From contig CAVRDD010000049.1 of the NCBI GenBank assembly GCA_963719715.1, positions 147,779 through 211,778 of the forward strand: DNA of 64,000 nt. The letters run 5' to 3'. Shown here piece by piece: positions 45,845 through 61,606 of this stretch (positions are counted from its first letter, which is position 1; each line of letters starts with the position of its first letter). This DNA is from an uncultured beta proteobacterium (GTDB lineage: Bacteria > Pseudomonadota > Gammaproteobacteria > Burkholderiales > JAEUMW01). Made by a program: the position numbers and the translations under genes. The notes beneath the pieces are model-generated. The model had not been told where the DNA came from. It was given only the letters and a program-made list of their open reading frames with translations, and searched no databases.

Positions 45845-48035
45845 ATGATGGTCGCTCGCGTCGCGGTGGACGTGCCACTCGACACGCTGTTCGACTATCT
45901 GCCGGGACCGGCGACACCCGACGACGTGGGGCGGCGCGTGCTGGTGCCGTTCGGACGGCGGCAGACCGTGGGCGTACTGCGCGCTCTCGTTGCTGGCAGC
46001 TCAGTGCCGGAAGGACGGCTGAAGCCGGTGACACGGGTATTCACCGATCTGCCCCCACTCGATCCCGACAACACTGAAGCTGCTCGATTTCTGTGCCCGC
46101 TATTACCACCATCCCGTCGGGGAAACGATTCTGCGTGCGCTGCCCGCCCAGCTGCGTTCGCTTCGACCGTTCACCGCACATCTCGCGAAGGCTTACCGTC
46201 TCTCCGCGCTCGGCCGCAGCCAGATGACGGCTGCTCCAACGCGGGCGTCGCTCAAAACCCGAATTCTCGAACAACTCGCTGCGGCCGATGAAGTCCCCGA
46301 GGCGACACTGCGGGAGCTGGGTGCGCGCGCGGGCGCGGTGCTGCGGGAATTGAAGGACGCCGGGATCGTCGACGAGATCGTGCGCCCTGCCCTGGACGGC
46401 GTGACGAGCGAGACTGCCACCGAGCGCGTGCTGCCTCCGCAGTTGACTGCCGATCAGGAGCAGGCGCAGTCGGCGGTGGTCGCGGCCGGGGCTGGCTTCC
46501 GCGTATGGCTCGCGCACGGTGTCACCGGCAGCGGCAAGACGGAGGTCTATCTGCGCGTGATGGAGCACTTGCTCGCGCGAGGCCGCCAAGTGCTTTACCT
46601 CGTCCCCGAGATCAATCTCACGCCGCAGTTGGAGAATTTCGTCCGCGCCCGCGCAAACGCTGCGCGCCTGGTGTCGCTGCACAGCGGACTTGCCGATGGC
46701 GCGCGCGCGCGCAACTGGGCGCTTGCCCAGCGCGGGGAAGCGGATGTCGTGCTCGGAACACGTCTCGCGGTGTTCACGCCGCTGCCGCGGCTGGGCCTGA
46801 TCGTCGTCGACGAGGAGCACGACGCCTCTTTCAAGCAGCAGGAGGGCTTGCGCTACAGCGCACGCGACGTCGCCGTCATGCGCGCCAAGCAGCAGGACGT
46901 TCCGATCGTGCTCGGCTCCGCCACACCGGCGCTGGAAAGCTATGCTCAGGCACAGTCCGGGCGTTACGGTCTGCTGCGCCTGCCGACCCGCGCGAGCGGC
47001 AAGACGCCGCCCATCCGGCTCGTCGACACGAGTCTGGCGCCCCTCACCGAAGGCATCCACGAGGCCGCGCTTGCCGCAGTCACGGAGCGCATCGGACGCG
47101 GCGAACAGACGCTCGTCTTCATCAACCGGCGGGGTTACGCGCCGGTGCTGCACTGTCGCTCGTGCCAGTGGATCGCGGGTTGCCCGCGGTGCTCTGCACG
47201 GCTCGTCGTCCATCTCCGGGATCGCACGCTGGTGTGTCACCTGTGCGGGCACGGTGAACGACCGCCCGCTGCGTGCCCAATCTGTGGCAATCAGGATCTG
47301 CAGCCGGTCGGCCACGGCACGCAGCGGATCGAGAGCTTTCTCGCCGGACGCTTTCCGCAGGCTCGCGTGTTACGCGTCGACCGCGACACGACACGCGCGC
47401 GCCGCGCCTGGACTGACATGCGCGCGGAGATCACCGGAAATCGGGTGGATGTACTCGTCGGCACCCAGATGCTCGCCAAAGGCCATGATTTTCCGCAACT
47501 CACGCTGGTGGTCGTGCTGAACGCCGACAATGCCCTGTTCAGCTCTGATTTCCGCGCGACCGAGCGCCTGTTCGCTCTGCTCATGCAGGTTGCCGGTCGC
47601 GCCGGTCGCGCCGCGCTGCCCGGGGAGGTGCTGATCCAGACCGCGTTTCCCCAACACCCGCTGTATCAGGCGCTCGTCGCCAATGATCACGAGGGCTTCG
47701 CGCGCACCCAACTCGCCGAGCGGCAGCAGGCGGGTTTTCCACCGTTTGCGCATCAGGCGCTGCTGCGCGCGGACGCAGCGCGCGGCGAACTCGCGTTCGA
47801 TTTCCTGGAACGAGCCGCAGCGGCCGGGCGGGTGCTCGACGCGCCGGTACAGATCTACGATCCGGTTGCCGCGGTACGGCCTCGCGTCGCGGGTCGCGAC
47901 CGCGCCCAGCTCCTCGTCCAGTCGCCGACCCGGTCCCGCCTGCAGCACTTCCTGGATGCGTGGTACCCGTCGCTCGACGCACTCTCCAGCCGTGCCGTGC
48001 GTTGGTCGCTGGACGTGGATCCCCTCGATCTTTGA
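45845..48035 (+). pseudogene. priA: primosomal replication protein N' (PriA helicase), single frameshift near 46066
   Basis: MMVARVAVDVPLDTLFDYL... is in ORF 45698. TLKLLDFCARYYHHPVGE and the rest (GVTGSGKTEVY, DEEHD, the Cys4 zinc motifs CRSCQW...CPRCS...CHLCG...CPICG, GTQMLAKGHDFP) are in ORF 46224. The span length is 1 more than a multiple of 3. Confidence 0.85.
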
Positions 48036-48102
48036 GTCCCCGCCGCCCGGGTCTGCCACGGCGATGCAGGTATAATGCAGCCTCCTCGCTGTCCGCCCCC
48101 CG

Positions 48103-49848
48103 ATGAACGAACCTGCTTTCCCCGACCTGCGGTCACATCTCACGGAACTGCTGCGCGCCGCACACAACCAGATGAATCCTGCAGGGCCCGCGCCGACTAT
48201 CGTGCTCGAGCGGCCAAAGCAGGCCAGTCACGGCGATTACGCCTGCAATCTCGCGCTGCAACTCGCCAAGCCGCTGCGGCGCAATCCGCGCGAACTCGCC
48301 CAGTCGCTGCTCATCGCGATGCCAGTGTCGGCGCATCTCCTCAAGGCTGAGGTGGCAGGCGCGGGCTTCATCAATCTCGTGCTGCGGCCGGGCGCGAAGC
48401 AGCAGGTGGTGCGCCAAGTGCTGAATGCCGGTCATGCTTTCGGTCATGGCGAGTCCGGCCAGGGACGGCGCGTGCTCCTCGAGTTCGTCTCCGCGAATCC
48501 TACCGGTCCGCTGCACGTGGGCCACGGTCGCGGGGCCGCATTCGGGGCGAGCCTGGCCAATGTGCTCGATGCCGCCGGCTACCGCGTCGCCCGCGAGTAC
48601 TACGTGAACGACGCCGGGCGGCAGATGGATATCCTGGCGCTGTCCGCGTGGCTGCGTTACCTGGAGCTTTGCGGTGTCGCCGTGGCGTTTCCGCCGAACG
48701 CCTATCGCGGCGACTACGTTGGTGACATGGCGCAGCAGATCCGGGCGCTGCATGCCGACCATTACGTCCGCGAGCCGGAGCGCTGGCGTGAAGGGCCTGG
48801 CGGCGACCATGCGGAACCGGAAGTCCAACTCGATTGGCTCATCGCCGCCGCCAAGGAAGTCCTCGGTGCGGATTTCAGCTACTTTCACGACTTCGTGCTG
48901 GCAGAGCAACTCGGCGATTGCCGCGAAGATCTGGTCGAATTCGGGGTGACCTTCGATCAGTGGTTCTCGGAGCGCTCGCTCTACGACACAGGGCTGGTCG
49001 AGCAGGTGGTCACCACGCTCGAAGAGCGCGGACACATTTACGTACAGGACGGCGCCCGCTGGTTCCGGAGTTCCGCCTACGGCGACGAGAAGGATCGGGT
49101 GGTCCAGCGCGAGAACGGTCAGTACACCTATTTCGCCTCGGACATTGCCTACCATCTCAACAAATTTCAGCGCGGCTTCGAGCGGGTAATCGACATTCTC
49201 GGCGCGGATCACCATGGTTACGTGGCGCGGGTACGCGGGGCGATTGAAGCGCTCGGTCTCGACGCCAGGCGCTTCGAGGCGGCGCTCGTGCAGTTCGCTG
49301 TGCTCTACCGCGGCGGCAAGAAGGCCCAGATGTCCACGCGCAGCGGCGAGTTCGTGACGCTGCGTGAACTGCGCAACGAGGTCGGCAACGATGCGGCGCG
49401 TCTCTTTTACGTTCTGCGCAAGAGCGACCAACATCTGGACTTTGATCTCGATCTGGCCAAGTCGCAAAGCAACGAGAACCCCGTTTACTATCTGCAGTAC
49501 GCGCACGCCCGCATCTCCAGCGTGCTCGCGCAATGGGCGGGTGACTTGGCGACACTCACGCAGGCCGATCTCACACCGCTGGTCACCGATGCCGAGCTCT
49601 CCTTGCTGCGGCGTTTGATGGAGTACCCAGAGATCATCGAAGCGGCGGCGCAGGACTTTGCACCTCATTACGTCGCCTTCTATCTCAAGGATCTCGCCGC
49701 AGAGTTCCACAGCTACTACAACGCGACGCATTTCCTCGTCGCGGAACAGGACATCCGCGTGGCGAGGCTTGCCCTCGTCGCTGCGGTGCGCCAGGTGCTC
49801 GCGAACGGTCTCGGGCTGCTGGGCGTTACGGCCCCCGACAAGATGTAG
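48103..49848 (+). CDS. argS: arginine-tRNA ligase
   Basis: Intact, 581 aa. SANPTGPLHVGHGR (HIGH motif), a KMSTRSG-like QMSTRSG and the anticodon-binding C-terminus ending ...PDKM are present. Confidence 0.95.
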   Translation: MNEPAFPDLRSHLTELLRAAHNQMNPAGPAPTIVLERPKQASHGDYACNLALQLAKPLRRNPRELAQSLLIAMPVSAHLLKAEVAGAGFINLVLRPGAKQQVVRQVLNAGHAFGHGESGQGRRVLLEFVSANPTGPLHVGHGRGAAFGASLANVLDAAGYRVAREYYVNDAGRQMDILALSAWLRYLELCGVAVAFPPNAYRGDYVGDMAQQIRALHADHYVREPERWREGPGGDHAEPEVQLDWLIAAAKEVLGADFSYFHDFVLAEQLGDCREDLVEFGVTFDQWFSERSLYDTGLVEQVVTTLEERGHIYVQDGARWFRSSAYGDEKDRVVQRENGQYTYFASDIAYHLNKFQRGFERVIDILGADHHGYVARVRGAIEALGLDARRFEAALVQFAVLYRGGKKAQMSTRSGEFVTLRELRNEVGNDAARLFYVLRKSDQHLDFDLDLAKSQSNENPVYYLQYAHARISSVLAQWAGDLATLTQADLTPLVTDAELSLLRRLMEYPEIIEAAAQDFAPHYVAFYLKDLAAEFHSYYNATHFLVAEQDIRVARLALVAAVRQVLANGLGLLGVTAPDKM

Positions 49849-49867
49849 GGCAGGGAGGAGGTTATTC

Positions 49868-50530
49868 ATGACCCGCGAATCGACACAGAAGACGAAACGC
49901 AGCGCAAAGGGGTCGAGCTGGATGTCGCTCGTGGTTGGGCTGCTTGCAGGACTCGTGATTGGACTCGGCGTTGCGTTCGTTGTCGCATGGTATGTGAACA
50001 AGATGCCGAACCCCTTCGCGCAGAAAGCGAACGGCGCTGCCGCCGCGCGGTCGGAGACTGCGAAGCCGGAAACGGTGAGGGCCGAGCCGCCGCCCAAGCC
50101 GGAACCGAAGATAGAGACCCAATCGGAATCGAAGGCCGCGCCCAAGTCGGATGCGAAGGTCGCGAAGATCGAGGAAGAGAAGCCGCGCTTCGATTTCTAC
50201 AAGATCCTGCCCGGGTCGGAAGAACAGGTGCCGGATCGAGATTTGAAGCGCCCGAAGACAGCGGCAACGCCGTCCAAAGACGTTTACTTTTTGCAGGCTG
50301 GTGCGTTTCAGAATGCGGCCGACGCCGACAACATGAAGGCGCGCCTCGCGCTGATGGGTATGGAAGCAACTATTCAGACGGCGGCGATTCCTGACAAGGG
50401 AATGCTGCATCGCGTGCGTGTAGGACCCTTCGGATCGGTCGAGGACCTCAACAAGGTGAAAGCGACGCTGCACGAAAGCGGTGTTCAGTCGACCGCCGTG
50501 AAAGTCAGCGAGGCACCGACGGGCCGTTAA
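49868..50530 (+). CDS. SPOR domain-containing, FtsN-like cell-division protein
   Basis: Short cytoplasmic tail, one TM (WMSLVVGLLAGLVIGLGVAFVVAW), a Lys/Pro/Glu-rich linker and a C-terminal SPOR-like YFLQAGAFQNAADADNMKARLALMG...HRVRVGPF. Confidence 0.75.
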   Translation: MTRESTQKTKRSAKGSSWMSLVVGLLAGLVIGLGVAFVVAWYVNKMPNPFAQKANGAAAARSETAKPETVRAEPPPKPEPKIETQSESKAAPKSDAKVAKIEEEKPRFDFYKILPGSEEQVPDRDLKRPKTAATPSKDVYFLQAGAFQNAADADNMKARLALMGMEATIQTAAIPDKGMLHRVRVGPFGSVEDLNKVKATLHESGVQSTAVKVSEAPTGR

Positions 50531-50558
50531 TCCGTCGCTATGGGCATGGAGAACTTGA

Positions 50559-51221
50559 ATGAAATCTATCGATCGTCTGTGGGGCTTGGCGCTGTTCGGC
50601 CTCTTCGCGTTGTTGCTCACGGGGAATGTCGTCATGGCCGCCGCGCCGGCCGTGCTCGACAAGGAGTTTCGCCTGATCACCCCGCCCCAGCCAGGCGATG
50701 GCTCGAAGAAGATCGAGGTGGTCGAATTTTTCTATTACGGGTGCTCGCATTGCTATGACCTTGAGCCCGCGCTCAAGAACTGGCTCAAGAGCAAACCGGC
50801 CGATGTCGAGTTTCGGCAGCAGCCGGCGGTTTTCCGCGAGGACTGGATTCCGTTGACGAAGACCTTCTTCGCGCTCGATGCGCTGGGCCTGCTGCCGAAA
50901 CTGAGCGACAAGGTGTTCTCGGCGGTGCACGTCGAAAACATCGACCTTGCGAACGACGCGGTAATGAGCAAGTGGATCAGCCAGCAAGGGGTTGATCCGG
51001 TGAAATTCAGTGAGGCGTATCGCTCCTTCGCCGTGCAGAACAGCGTCCAACGCGCCATACAAGTTACCCGCGACTACCAGGTCAAGGGCACCCCCTCCAT
51101 CGTCGTCGCCGGCAAGTACATCACCTCGCCGGCGATGACCGGAGGTTACGAGAGGTTGTTCGAAGTGGTCGACCAACTCATCGAGATGGCACGTAAGGAA
51201 GTGGCGGGGAAGAAAAGCTAG
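50559..51221 (+). CDS. dsbA: thiol:disulfide interchange protein DsbA
   Basis: Signal peptide, then VEFFYYGCSHCYDLEP (CxxC active site) and ...VKGTPSIVVAGKY. Confidence 0.85.
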   Translation: MKSIDRLWGLALFGLFALLLTGNVVMAAAPAVLDKEFRLITPPQPGDGSKKIEVVEFFYYGCSHCYDLEPALKNWLKSKPADVEFRQQPAVFREDWIPLTKTFFALDALGLLPKLSDKVFSAVHVENIDLANDAVMSKWISQQGVDPVKFSEAYRSFAVQNSVQRAIQVTRDYQVKGTPSIVVAGKYITSPAMTGGYERLFEVVDQLIEMARKEVAGKKS

Positions 51222-51246
51222 CTTTCACTCAGGTTGTGACAGGACT

Positions 51247-51270
51247 GCCGCGACATGCGCGGCCGTTTTC
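51247..51270 (+). terminator. weak intrinsic terminator after dsbA (GCCGCG-loop-CGCGGC then CGTTTTC)
   Basis: 6-bp stem and a short T-run, read directly. Confidence 0.35.
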
Positions 51271-51396
51271 GTCTCCGGCTTACACAGCTGCGATCGACTA
51301 CAGTTGTAGCGCGATGCCCTTGCGCCGGCAGGGTCCGAGCTTTGCTTTCACTGCCGCGCCCGGGAACTTCACCGGGCGATGGAAATGGAGGACCGC

Positions 51397-51717
51397 ATGG
51401 ACTCGGATGGCACACGTGTGCTGGCGCTCGTGGGGCTCAGCAATCACGATCTCGTTCTGATCAAGAGCTTGGCGAAACTTTCCTCGGCCAGGCCACGAAA
51501 GTATCGCGTGGCCCCAAGCGAGGAGCGGGTGAGTGCGGACGTCTTCATCGTCAATGGGGATGACGCGTTCGCCATGCAGGAAGCGAAGAACCTGGTGGCT
51601 CAGCGCCCGGTCAAGGTGATTCACGTGCGAAAGACAGCCAAGGCGCTGAACGGTCACGCGACCATGGTCCTGCCCCTGCATGCCAAAGTCGTCTACGGGA
51701 CGCTCGACAGCGTGTAG
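51397..51717 (+). CDS. hypothetical protein (~106 aa), family not recognised
   Basis: ORF 51379..51717. The third in-frame ATG (51397) has GGAGG 6 nt upstream. The local G+C is lower than in the flanks. MDSDGTRVLALVGLSNHDLVLIKSL...ADVFIVNGDD... has alternating beta/alpha-like spacing, and I could assign no motif. Confidence 0.35.
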   Translation: MDSDGTRVLALVGLSNHDLVLIKSLAKLSSARPRKYRVAPSEERVSADVFIVNGDDAFAMQEAKNLVAQRPVKVIHVRKTAKALNGHATMVLPLHAKVVYGTLDSV

Positions 51718-51749
51718 TCCTTAGCCGAGCCGAGGCTCGGCTTCCCTGC

Positions 51750-53576
51750 TCACTCCACGGTTACTGACTTCGCCAGATTGCGTGGCTTGTCCACGTCGGT
51801 GCCCTTTTGCAGCGCGGCGTGATAGGCAAGGAGTTGGAGGGGTACGGTGTGAAGAATCGGGGACAGCAGCCCCGCATGGTCACTCAAACGAATGACATGC
51901 AGGCCATCCCCCTCGCTCACGCGTGATCCCTGATCGGCGAAAACATAGAGTTCGCCTCCGCGCGCCCGAACTTCCTGAAGGTTGGATTTCAGCTTCTCGA
52001 GTAGCGCATCGTTCGGGGCAATCGCGATAACCGGCATGTTCCGGTCGACGAGGGCCAGTGGTCCGTGTTTCAACTCACCCGCCGGATAGGCTTCGGCGTG
52101 GATGTAGGAAATCTCCTTGAGCTTGAGGGCGCCTTCCATCGCGATCGGGTAATGAACGCCACGCCCCAGAAACAGGGCGTGCTGCTTTTCGGCGAATCGT
52201 TCGGACCACGCCCGCACCTCCGATTCCACTCCCAGAACGTGCTGGAGGGCCGTCGGGAGATGGCGCAGCGCCGCAATCAGGTCGCGCTCCTGCTCCGCTG
52301 AGAGGCGGTTCCGCAGCTTGGCCAGGACCATCGTCAACAGAACCAGCACGGCCAGCTGCGTCGTGAACGCCTTTGTCGACGCCACACCGATCTCCGGACC
52401 TGCACGCGTCAGGAAGCGCAGGTCGGACTGCCGGATGAGCGCACTTTCGGGGACGTTGCAGATCGCGATGGAGTGTCGATGACCCAGTGCCTTGGCATGC
52501 TGCAGGGCGGCTAGCGTGTCGGCCGTCTCTCCGGACTGGGAGATCGTGACCACGAGTTGGTGCGGATTGGGCACCGATTGCCGATAGCGATACTCGCTCG
52601 CGATCTCCACTGTGCAGGGAAGCCCAGCCACTGACTCGATCCAGTATCGGGCAACCAGCCCCGCGTGGTAGCTCGTTCCGCACGCAAGGATCAAGACGGC
52701 TTCGGTCTTCGATAGCACGTCCGCCGCCTGGGCGCCGAACAGTTGAGGCGAGATCGAGCTCGAGTTCAGAACCATTTCGAGCGTATTCGCGACAGCTCCC
52801 GGCTGCTCGAAAATCTCCTTCTGCATGAAATGCCGGTAGGGGCCGAGCTCGACGGCGGCTGACGTGAGTTGGCTCACGTGAACCGGGCGCGCGACCTCGT
52901 TACCGGCCTCGTCGAAGACGCGCACGCGGTCGACTTCGAGGTCCGCGACGTCGCCGTCCTCGAGATAGATCACCCGCTGCGTCACGTGCAGCAAGGCAGA
53001 AACGTCGGAGGCCGCAAAGTTCTGCTCGTCTCCGAGCCCCAGCAGCAAGGGCGCGCCGTTGCGAGCGACGATTACCCGTTCCGGGTCGGCATCGCAGAGC
53101 ACCGCAATCGCGTAGGCACCCTCCAGTTCGGCGATCGCGGCACGGGTGGCGGAGAGCAAGTCACCACCAGAGTCCAACTTGTCGCGGATCAGGTGAGCGA
53201 TCACCTCGGTGTCTGTGTCCGATGTGAAGACATGTCCGTGTGCCTGCAGGCTGGCCCGCATCGACTCGTGGTTCTCGATGATGCCATTGTGGACAACGGC
53301 GATGCCGCCGCTCACGTGGGGGTGTGCGTTGCGCTCGGAAGGGGCACCATGCGTTGCCCAGCGCGTGTGCGCGACACCGATGTTTCCGGCGAAGCCGTTG
53401 CGTTCCGCGAGTTTGGTCAGTTCGGCCACACGACCCGTAACACGCAAGCGCTCGAGTTGTGGATGGAGAATCGCAACACCCGCCGAGTCGTAACCTCGGT
53501 ACTCGAGGCGCTTCAGTCCTTCGAGGAGCGAGGGCACCACATCACGGCGCGCGATGGCGCCAACGATCCCGCACAT
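51750..53576 (-). CDS. glmS: glutamine-fructose-6-phosphate aminotransferase
   Basis: Intact, 608 aa. MCGIVGAI... is the N-terminal nucleophile Cys. Two SIS domains are present and the sequence ends ...[12 protein letters not shown]. Confidence 0.95.
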   Translation of the reverse strand: MCGIVGAIARRDVVPSLLEGLKRLEYRGYDSAGVAILHPQLERLRVTGRVAELTKLAERNGFAGNIGVAHTRWATHGAPSERNAHPHVSGGIAVVHNGIIENHESMRASLQAHGHVFTSDTDTEVIAHLIRDKLDSGGDLLSATRAAIAELEGAYAIAVLCDADPERVIVARNGAPLLLGLGDEQNFAASDVSALLHVTQRVIYLEDGDVADLEVDRVRVFDEAGNEVARPVHVSQLTSAAVELGPYRHFMQKEIFEQPGAVANTLEMVLNSSSISPQLFGAQAADVLSKTEAVLILACGTSYHAGLVARYWIESVAGLPCTVEIASEYRYRQSVPNPHQLVVTISQSGETADTLAALQHAKALGHRHSIAICNVPESALIRQSDLRFLTRAGPEIGVASTKAFTTQLAVLVLLTMVLAKLRNRLSAEQERDLIAALRHLPTALQHVLGVESEVRAWSERFAEKQHALFLGRGVHYPIAMEGALKLKEISYIHAEAYPAGELKHGPLALVDRNMPVIAIAPNDALLEKLKSNLQEVRARGGELYVFADQGSRVSEGDGLHVIRLSDHAGLLSPILHTVPLQLLAYHAALQKGTDVDKPRNLAKSVTVE

Positions 53577-53644
53577 GTTGGTGTTCCTCTAGGTGGCGAT
53601 TGGAGACAAACTACGCCGAGACAGCTGCAGCGACGTGCGGATGG

Positions 53645-55026
53645 TCAACCGTCGGCCTTTGGCTTTTTGTGCGGTCGCTGCCATCCCTCGATGGCAACCT
53701 GCTTGGCACGCGATACAGCCAGCACACCGCGTGGCACATCGCGCGTCACCGTGGTGCCGGCGCCGATGGTCGCCCCTTCGCCGACCCGGACAGGCGCGAT
53801 CAGCTGCGTGTCCGAGCCGATGAAGACGTTGTCTTCGATGACCGTCCGGTGCTTGTTGGCACCATCGTAATTGCACACGATCGTCCCGGCGCCAATGTTC
53901 ACATTGCGACCGACTTCGGTATCTCCCACGTAGGCGAGGTGGTTGGCCTTCGAACCGTCGTGCACGGTGCTGTTCTTCAGCTCCACGAAGTTGCCGATGT
54001 GGACATGACCCTCGACCCGGGTCCCCGGCCGCATTCGCGCGTAGGGTCCGATGCGACACACCTCCCCGATCTTCGCCTCCTCCAGATGGCAGAAGGGAAA
54101 AACGACGGAACCGTCGCCCACTGCCACATCGCGCAGTACGCAGTGCGACCCGACCGTCACTCCGTGGCCGAGGCGCACCTCGCCTTCGAAGATGCAATTC
54201 ACGTCGATGGTGACGTCGATCCCCGCACTCGAGCGTTCCGCGAACGTCGATGCGGGCGGGGTCCGCCAGCGTCACGCCGCACGCCAGAAGGATTTCTGCC
54301 TGCTCGCGCTGGTAGATCCGTTCGAGGAGGGCGAGATCTGATTTGCTGTTCACACCCAGCGTCTCCCAGGCCGCTTGCGGCTGCGTCGCGATCACGGGGA
54401 CGCCGTCACTAATCGCACAGGCAACGAGATCGGTCAGGTAATACTCACCCTGCGCATTGTCGTTCTGGAGCGTCCCTAGCCAGTCGGCGAGCCACGGCGC
54501 CGGGACCACCATGATGCCAGTGTTGATCTCGTGCACGCCGCGCTCGGCTTCGGCTTGCATCGTTCTCCTCGACGATCCGCTGCACACGGCCCGCCGCGTC
54601 GCGCACGATGCGCCCATAGCCCGGTCGGATCCGGCAGTTCAGTAGTAACGATGTGCAAGGCGTCGGCGTCACCCGCAACGAGCCGCTGCAGCGTAGCGAG
54701 TCGCGTGAGCGGGACATCGCCGTAGAGGATCAGAACGCGCCCGTCGCGGCCGATGTGGGGCAGGGCTTGCATCACCGCGTGCCCGGTTCCGAGCTGCGGT
54801 TCCTGCAAGGCGAAGCAGAGATCCGGGGCAGTCAGCGACTCTCGCACTTCCTCGCCGCTGTGACCATAGACCACGCAGATGCGGCGCGCACCCAAGGTCC
54901 GCGCCGTATCGATCACGTGCTGGGCGAGGTAGCGCCCGCCCAGCCGATGCAGCACCTTCGGCCGCGGGAGTGCATGCGCTTGCCTTTGCCTGCGGCGAGG
55001 ATGACGACGTCGAGGGGTGCGGTCAC
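53645..55026 (-). pseudogene. glmU: bifunctional GlcNAc-1-P uridylyltransferase / GlcN-1-P acetyltransferase GlmU, about 3 frameshifts
   Basis: GTG start (complement of 55024-55026). VTAPLDVVILAAGKGKRMHS shifts into ORF 54476 (LGTGHAVMQALP), passes through a middle section in other frames, and ends with the left-handed beta-helix C-terminus in ORF 53645 (hexapeptide repeats, [10 protein letters not shown]). Confidence 0.85.
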
Positions 55027-55138
55027 AGGGATAGGGATTGGCTTAGAGGAACTCCGGTGCAATGCAGCTTACCAGCCGCGGGACCGCGCCGACAAGGCCG
55101 TAGGTCGACGCCCCTTGGGCTACCAGAAAGGCAGCGAA

Positions 55139-55564
55139 TTAGCGTCCCTTCTTTCTGAGCTTCTGGATCGCGGCGAGCTGCGCGATCGCTTCGGCCAGTT
55201 CGGACTCGGCTTTCGCGAAATCGATCCCCGTCGACCGATCCTTGAGCGCCTCTTCGGCACGCTTCTTTGCTTCGCTCGCCTTGGCCTCGTCGAGATCGGG
55301 ACCGCGAATGGCGGTGTCCGCCAGCACGGTGACGACGTCCGGCTGCACTTCCAGAATGCCGCCTGACACCCAGATCATTTCCTGCTCGTCCTTCATCGGA
55401 AGCTTGAGACGAACAGCGCCCGGCCGAATGCTCGTGAGCAAAGGCGCGTGGCGCGGCAGAATGCCAATCTCGCCCGCCTCCGCAGGAGCGACCAGCATCT
55501 CGACCGGTCCGGAAAAGATGGACTCCTCCGCGCTGACGACATCGACGTGCATGGTGATTGCCAT
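55139..55564 (-). CDS. atpC: F0F1 ATP synthase subunit epsilon
   Basis: Intact, 141 aa. [15 protein letters not shown]... Confidence 0.9.
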   Translation of the reverse strand: MAITMHVDVVSAEESIFSGPVEMLVAPAEAGEIGILPRHAPLLTSIRPGAVRLKLPMKDEQEMIWVSGGILEVQPDVVTVLADTAIRGPDLDEAKASEAKKRAEEALKDRSTGIDFAKAESELAEAIAQLAAIQKLRKKGR

Positions 55565-55577
55565 CGGCTGCGCTCCG

Positions 55578-57011
<1,434 letters not shown>

Positions 57012-57890
57012 TTAGGACGCAATCGCGGCAGCTCCGCCGACGATCTCCGAGATCTCTTTGGTGATCGCAGCCTGCCGGGCCTTGTTGTAGATCAGCTGCA
57101 GCTCGTCGATAATCGTGACGGCGTTGTCCGAGGCCGACTTCATGGCCACCATGCGCGCACTTTGCTCGGACGCGAAGTTCTCTACGATGGCCTGATAAAT
57201 CAGCGCCTCGACGTAGCGCACGAGCACCGAGTCGACCACGCTCTTGGCTTCGGGCTCGTAGATATAGTCCCAGGGACCGCGCCGCTTCTCGCCCTCGCCG
57301 AGCAACCTGTCGTCCAGCGGCAGCAACTGCTCGAAATACGCTTCCTGCTTCATCGTGTTGATGAACCGCGTGTAGAGCAGGTACAGAGCGTCGATCCGAT
57401 TCTCCGTGAAGGCGTCGATCATGACCTTCACCGGACCGATCAGGCGCTCAAGGCGCGGCGTATCACCGAGGCCGACGACCTGGCTGACGACATTGGCACC
57501 CACGCGCTGCATGAAACTGAGCCCCTTGCTGCCGATCGCGCACACCTGGACGCCGACCTTCTTTCCCTCAAGCTCTTTGATGCGCCCGAGGGCGAGCCGC
57601 AGTACGTTCGTGTTGAGACCGCCGCAAAGTCCCTTGTCGGAGGTGATGACGATCACCCCGATGTTCTTTACTTCGGGACGCTTGATGAGGAACGGGTGAC
57701 GGTACTCAGGGTTCGGCCCCGCCATGTGCGCCGCGACCAGACGCATCTTCTCGCCGTACGGGCGAGCGGCGCGCATCCGGTCTTGCGCCTTGCGCATCTT
57801 CGAGGCGGCGACCATCTCCATTGCCTTGGTGATCTTCCGCGTGTTCTGCACGCTTCGGATCTTGACGCGGATTTCCTTGCTGCCAGGCAT
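57012..57890 (-). CDS. atpG: F0F1 ATP synthase subunit gamma
   Basis: Intact, 292 aa. [36 protein letters not shown]... ends ...[14 protein letters not shown]. Confidence 0.9.
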   Translation of the reverse strand: MPGSKEIRVKIRSVQNTRKITKAMEMVAASKMRKAQDRMRAARPYGEKMRLVAAHMAGPNPEYRHPFLIKRPEVKNIGVIVITSDKGLCGGLNTNVLRLALGRIKELEGKKVGVQVCAIGSKGLSFMQRVGANVVSQVVGLGDTPRLERLIGPVKVMIDAFTENRIDALYLLYTRFINTMKQEAYFEQLLPLDDRLLGEGEKRRGPWDYIYEPEAKSVVDSVLVRYVEALIYQAIVENFASEQSARMVAMKSASDNAVTIIDELQLIYNKARQAAITKEISEIVGGAAAIAS

Positions 57891-57900
57891 CGACGGGGCC

Positions 57901-59445
<1,545 letters not shown>

Positions 59446-59453
59446 GTTGACTC

Positions 59454-59994
59454 CTATTTCGTGAGGGCGGCCGCCATCGCGTCCAGCTTGCCGCGTACGG
59501 AACCGTCGAGAACCTCGTCGCCTACCCGGATCACCGCACCCCCGATGAGGGCCGGGTCGACGGTGGCATGGGCAACGATCTTGCGCTTGAATCGACCTTC
59601 CAGCTTCGCGACGAGCGCCTGCAACTGGTCGTCGGTGAGCGGAAAGGCGGAGGCGACGTCTCGCCTCGACTACGCCCTCGTCGCGCTCCTTGAGCTCTTC
59701 ATAGAGCGTGCTGATCTCCGGCAGCAGCTCCGCACGGCCGTTTCGCAGCAGCAGGCGAAGCAGATTCTTGCCCGGCCTCCGACATGCTGCTGCCTGCGGT
59801 CGACAGCAGCAGATCGAGCTTCTGCTCGTGCGTACACGCGCGGGCTGCGACAGCATCGCCTTCATGCGGCCGTCGCTCGCGACGGCCGCCGCGAACTTGA
59901 GCGCTTCCGACCACTGTCCGAGCTGTGATTCCTGCTTGGCGAGCCCGAAGACCGCCTCGGCGTATGGTCGCGCGATGGTGACGAGTTCAGCCAT
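59454..59994 (-). pseudogene. atpH: F0F1 ATP synthase subunit delta, frameshifted
   Basis: [19 protein letters not shown]... leaves frame after about 50 codons. The tail [15 protein letters not shown] is in another frame. The span length is not a multiple of 3. Confidence 0.8.
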
Positions 59995-60003
59995 GACGTT
60001 CGC

Positions 60004-60476
60004 CTAGAGCTCGGCGCCGAGCGTCTGCAGCATCTGGGCGTGTGTCTTCGGGTCCACCTCGCGCTCGAGGATCTTCGACGCACCCGTCACCGCCAGTAGC
60101 CGCGACTTGCGTCGCGCAGCGCTTCCTTCGCGCGCGACACCTCGCGCTCGATCTCGGCCTGGGCCCCAGCCACCAGCTTCGCGCCTTCCTGCTTGGCGAC
60201 CTCCTTGCCTTCCTCGACGATCTGCGCCGCGCGCTTGTCCGCCTGGCCGATGATCTCCTGCGCCTGGACCTTCGCCGAACGCAGAATTTCTTCGGCGCGG
60301 TGCGAGGCGAGTTCGAGGTCGTGCTTACCGCGTTCCGCCGCTGCCAGACCGTCCGCAATCTGCTTCTGGCGATTGCCGATCGCCTTCTGCAGCGGCGGCC
60401 ACACGAACTTCATCGTGAACCAGATGAAGATCGCGAACCAGATCGCCTGGCCGATTAATGTTGCATTGATGTCCAC
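60004..60476 (-). pseudogene. atpF: F0F1 ATP synthase subunit b, two single-base insertions near 60095-60110
   Basis: ORF 60087..60476 ([28 protein letters not shown]...) stops prematurely. QVAA, then [30 protein letters not shown], follow in the other two frames. The span length is 2 more than a multiple of 3. Confidence 0.8.
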
Positions 60477-60507
60477 GCTGGCCTCCTACGAGTTCCGAAA
60501 CGTGGAC

Positions 60508-61602
<1,095 letters not shown>

Positions 61603-61606
<4 letters not shown>

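Noticed and set aside
48133-50145. A 670-aa ORF antisense to argS. Similar long shadow ORFs occur at 40006..41589 (-), 18693..19847 (-), 44458..45585 (-), 23304..24545 (-), 38160..39125 (-) and 8404..9408 (-).
   Set aside because: All lie opposite or out of frame to genes with unmistakable conserved motifs. Their translations are Arg/Ala/Gly/Pro-rich low-information sequence, typical of stop-codon-poor alternative frames in high-G+C DNA.
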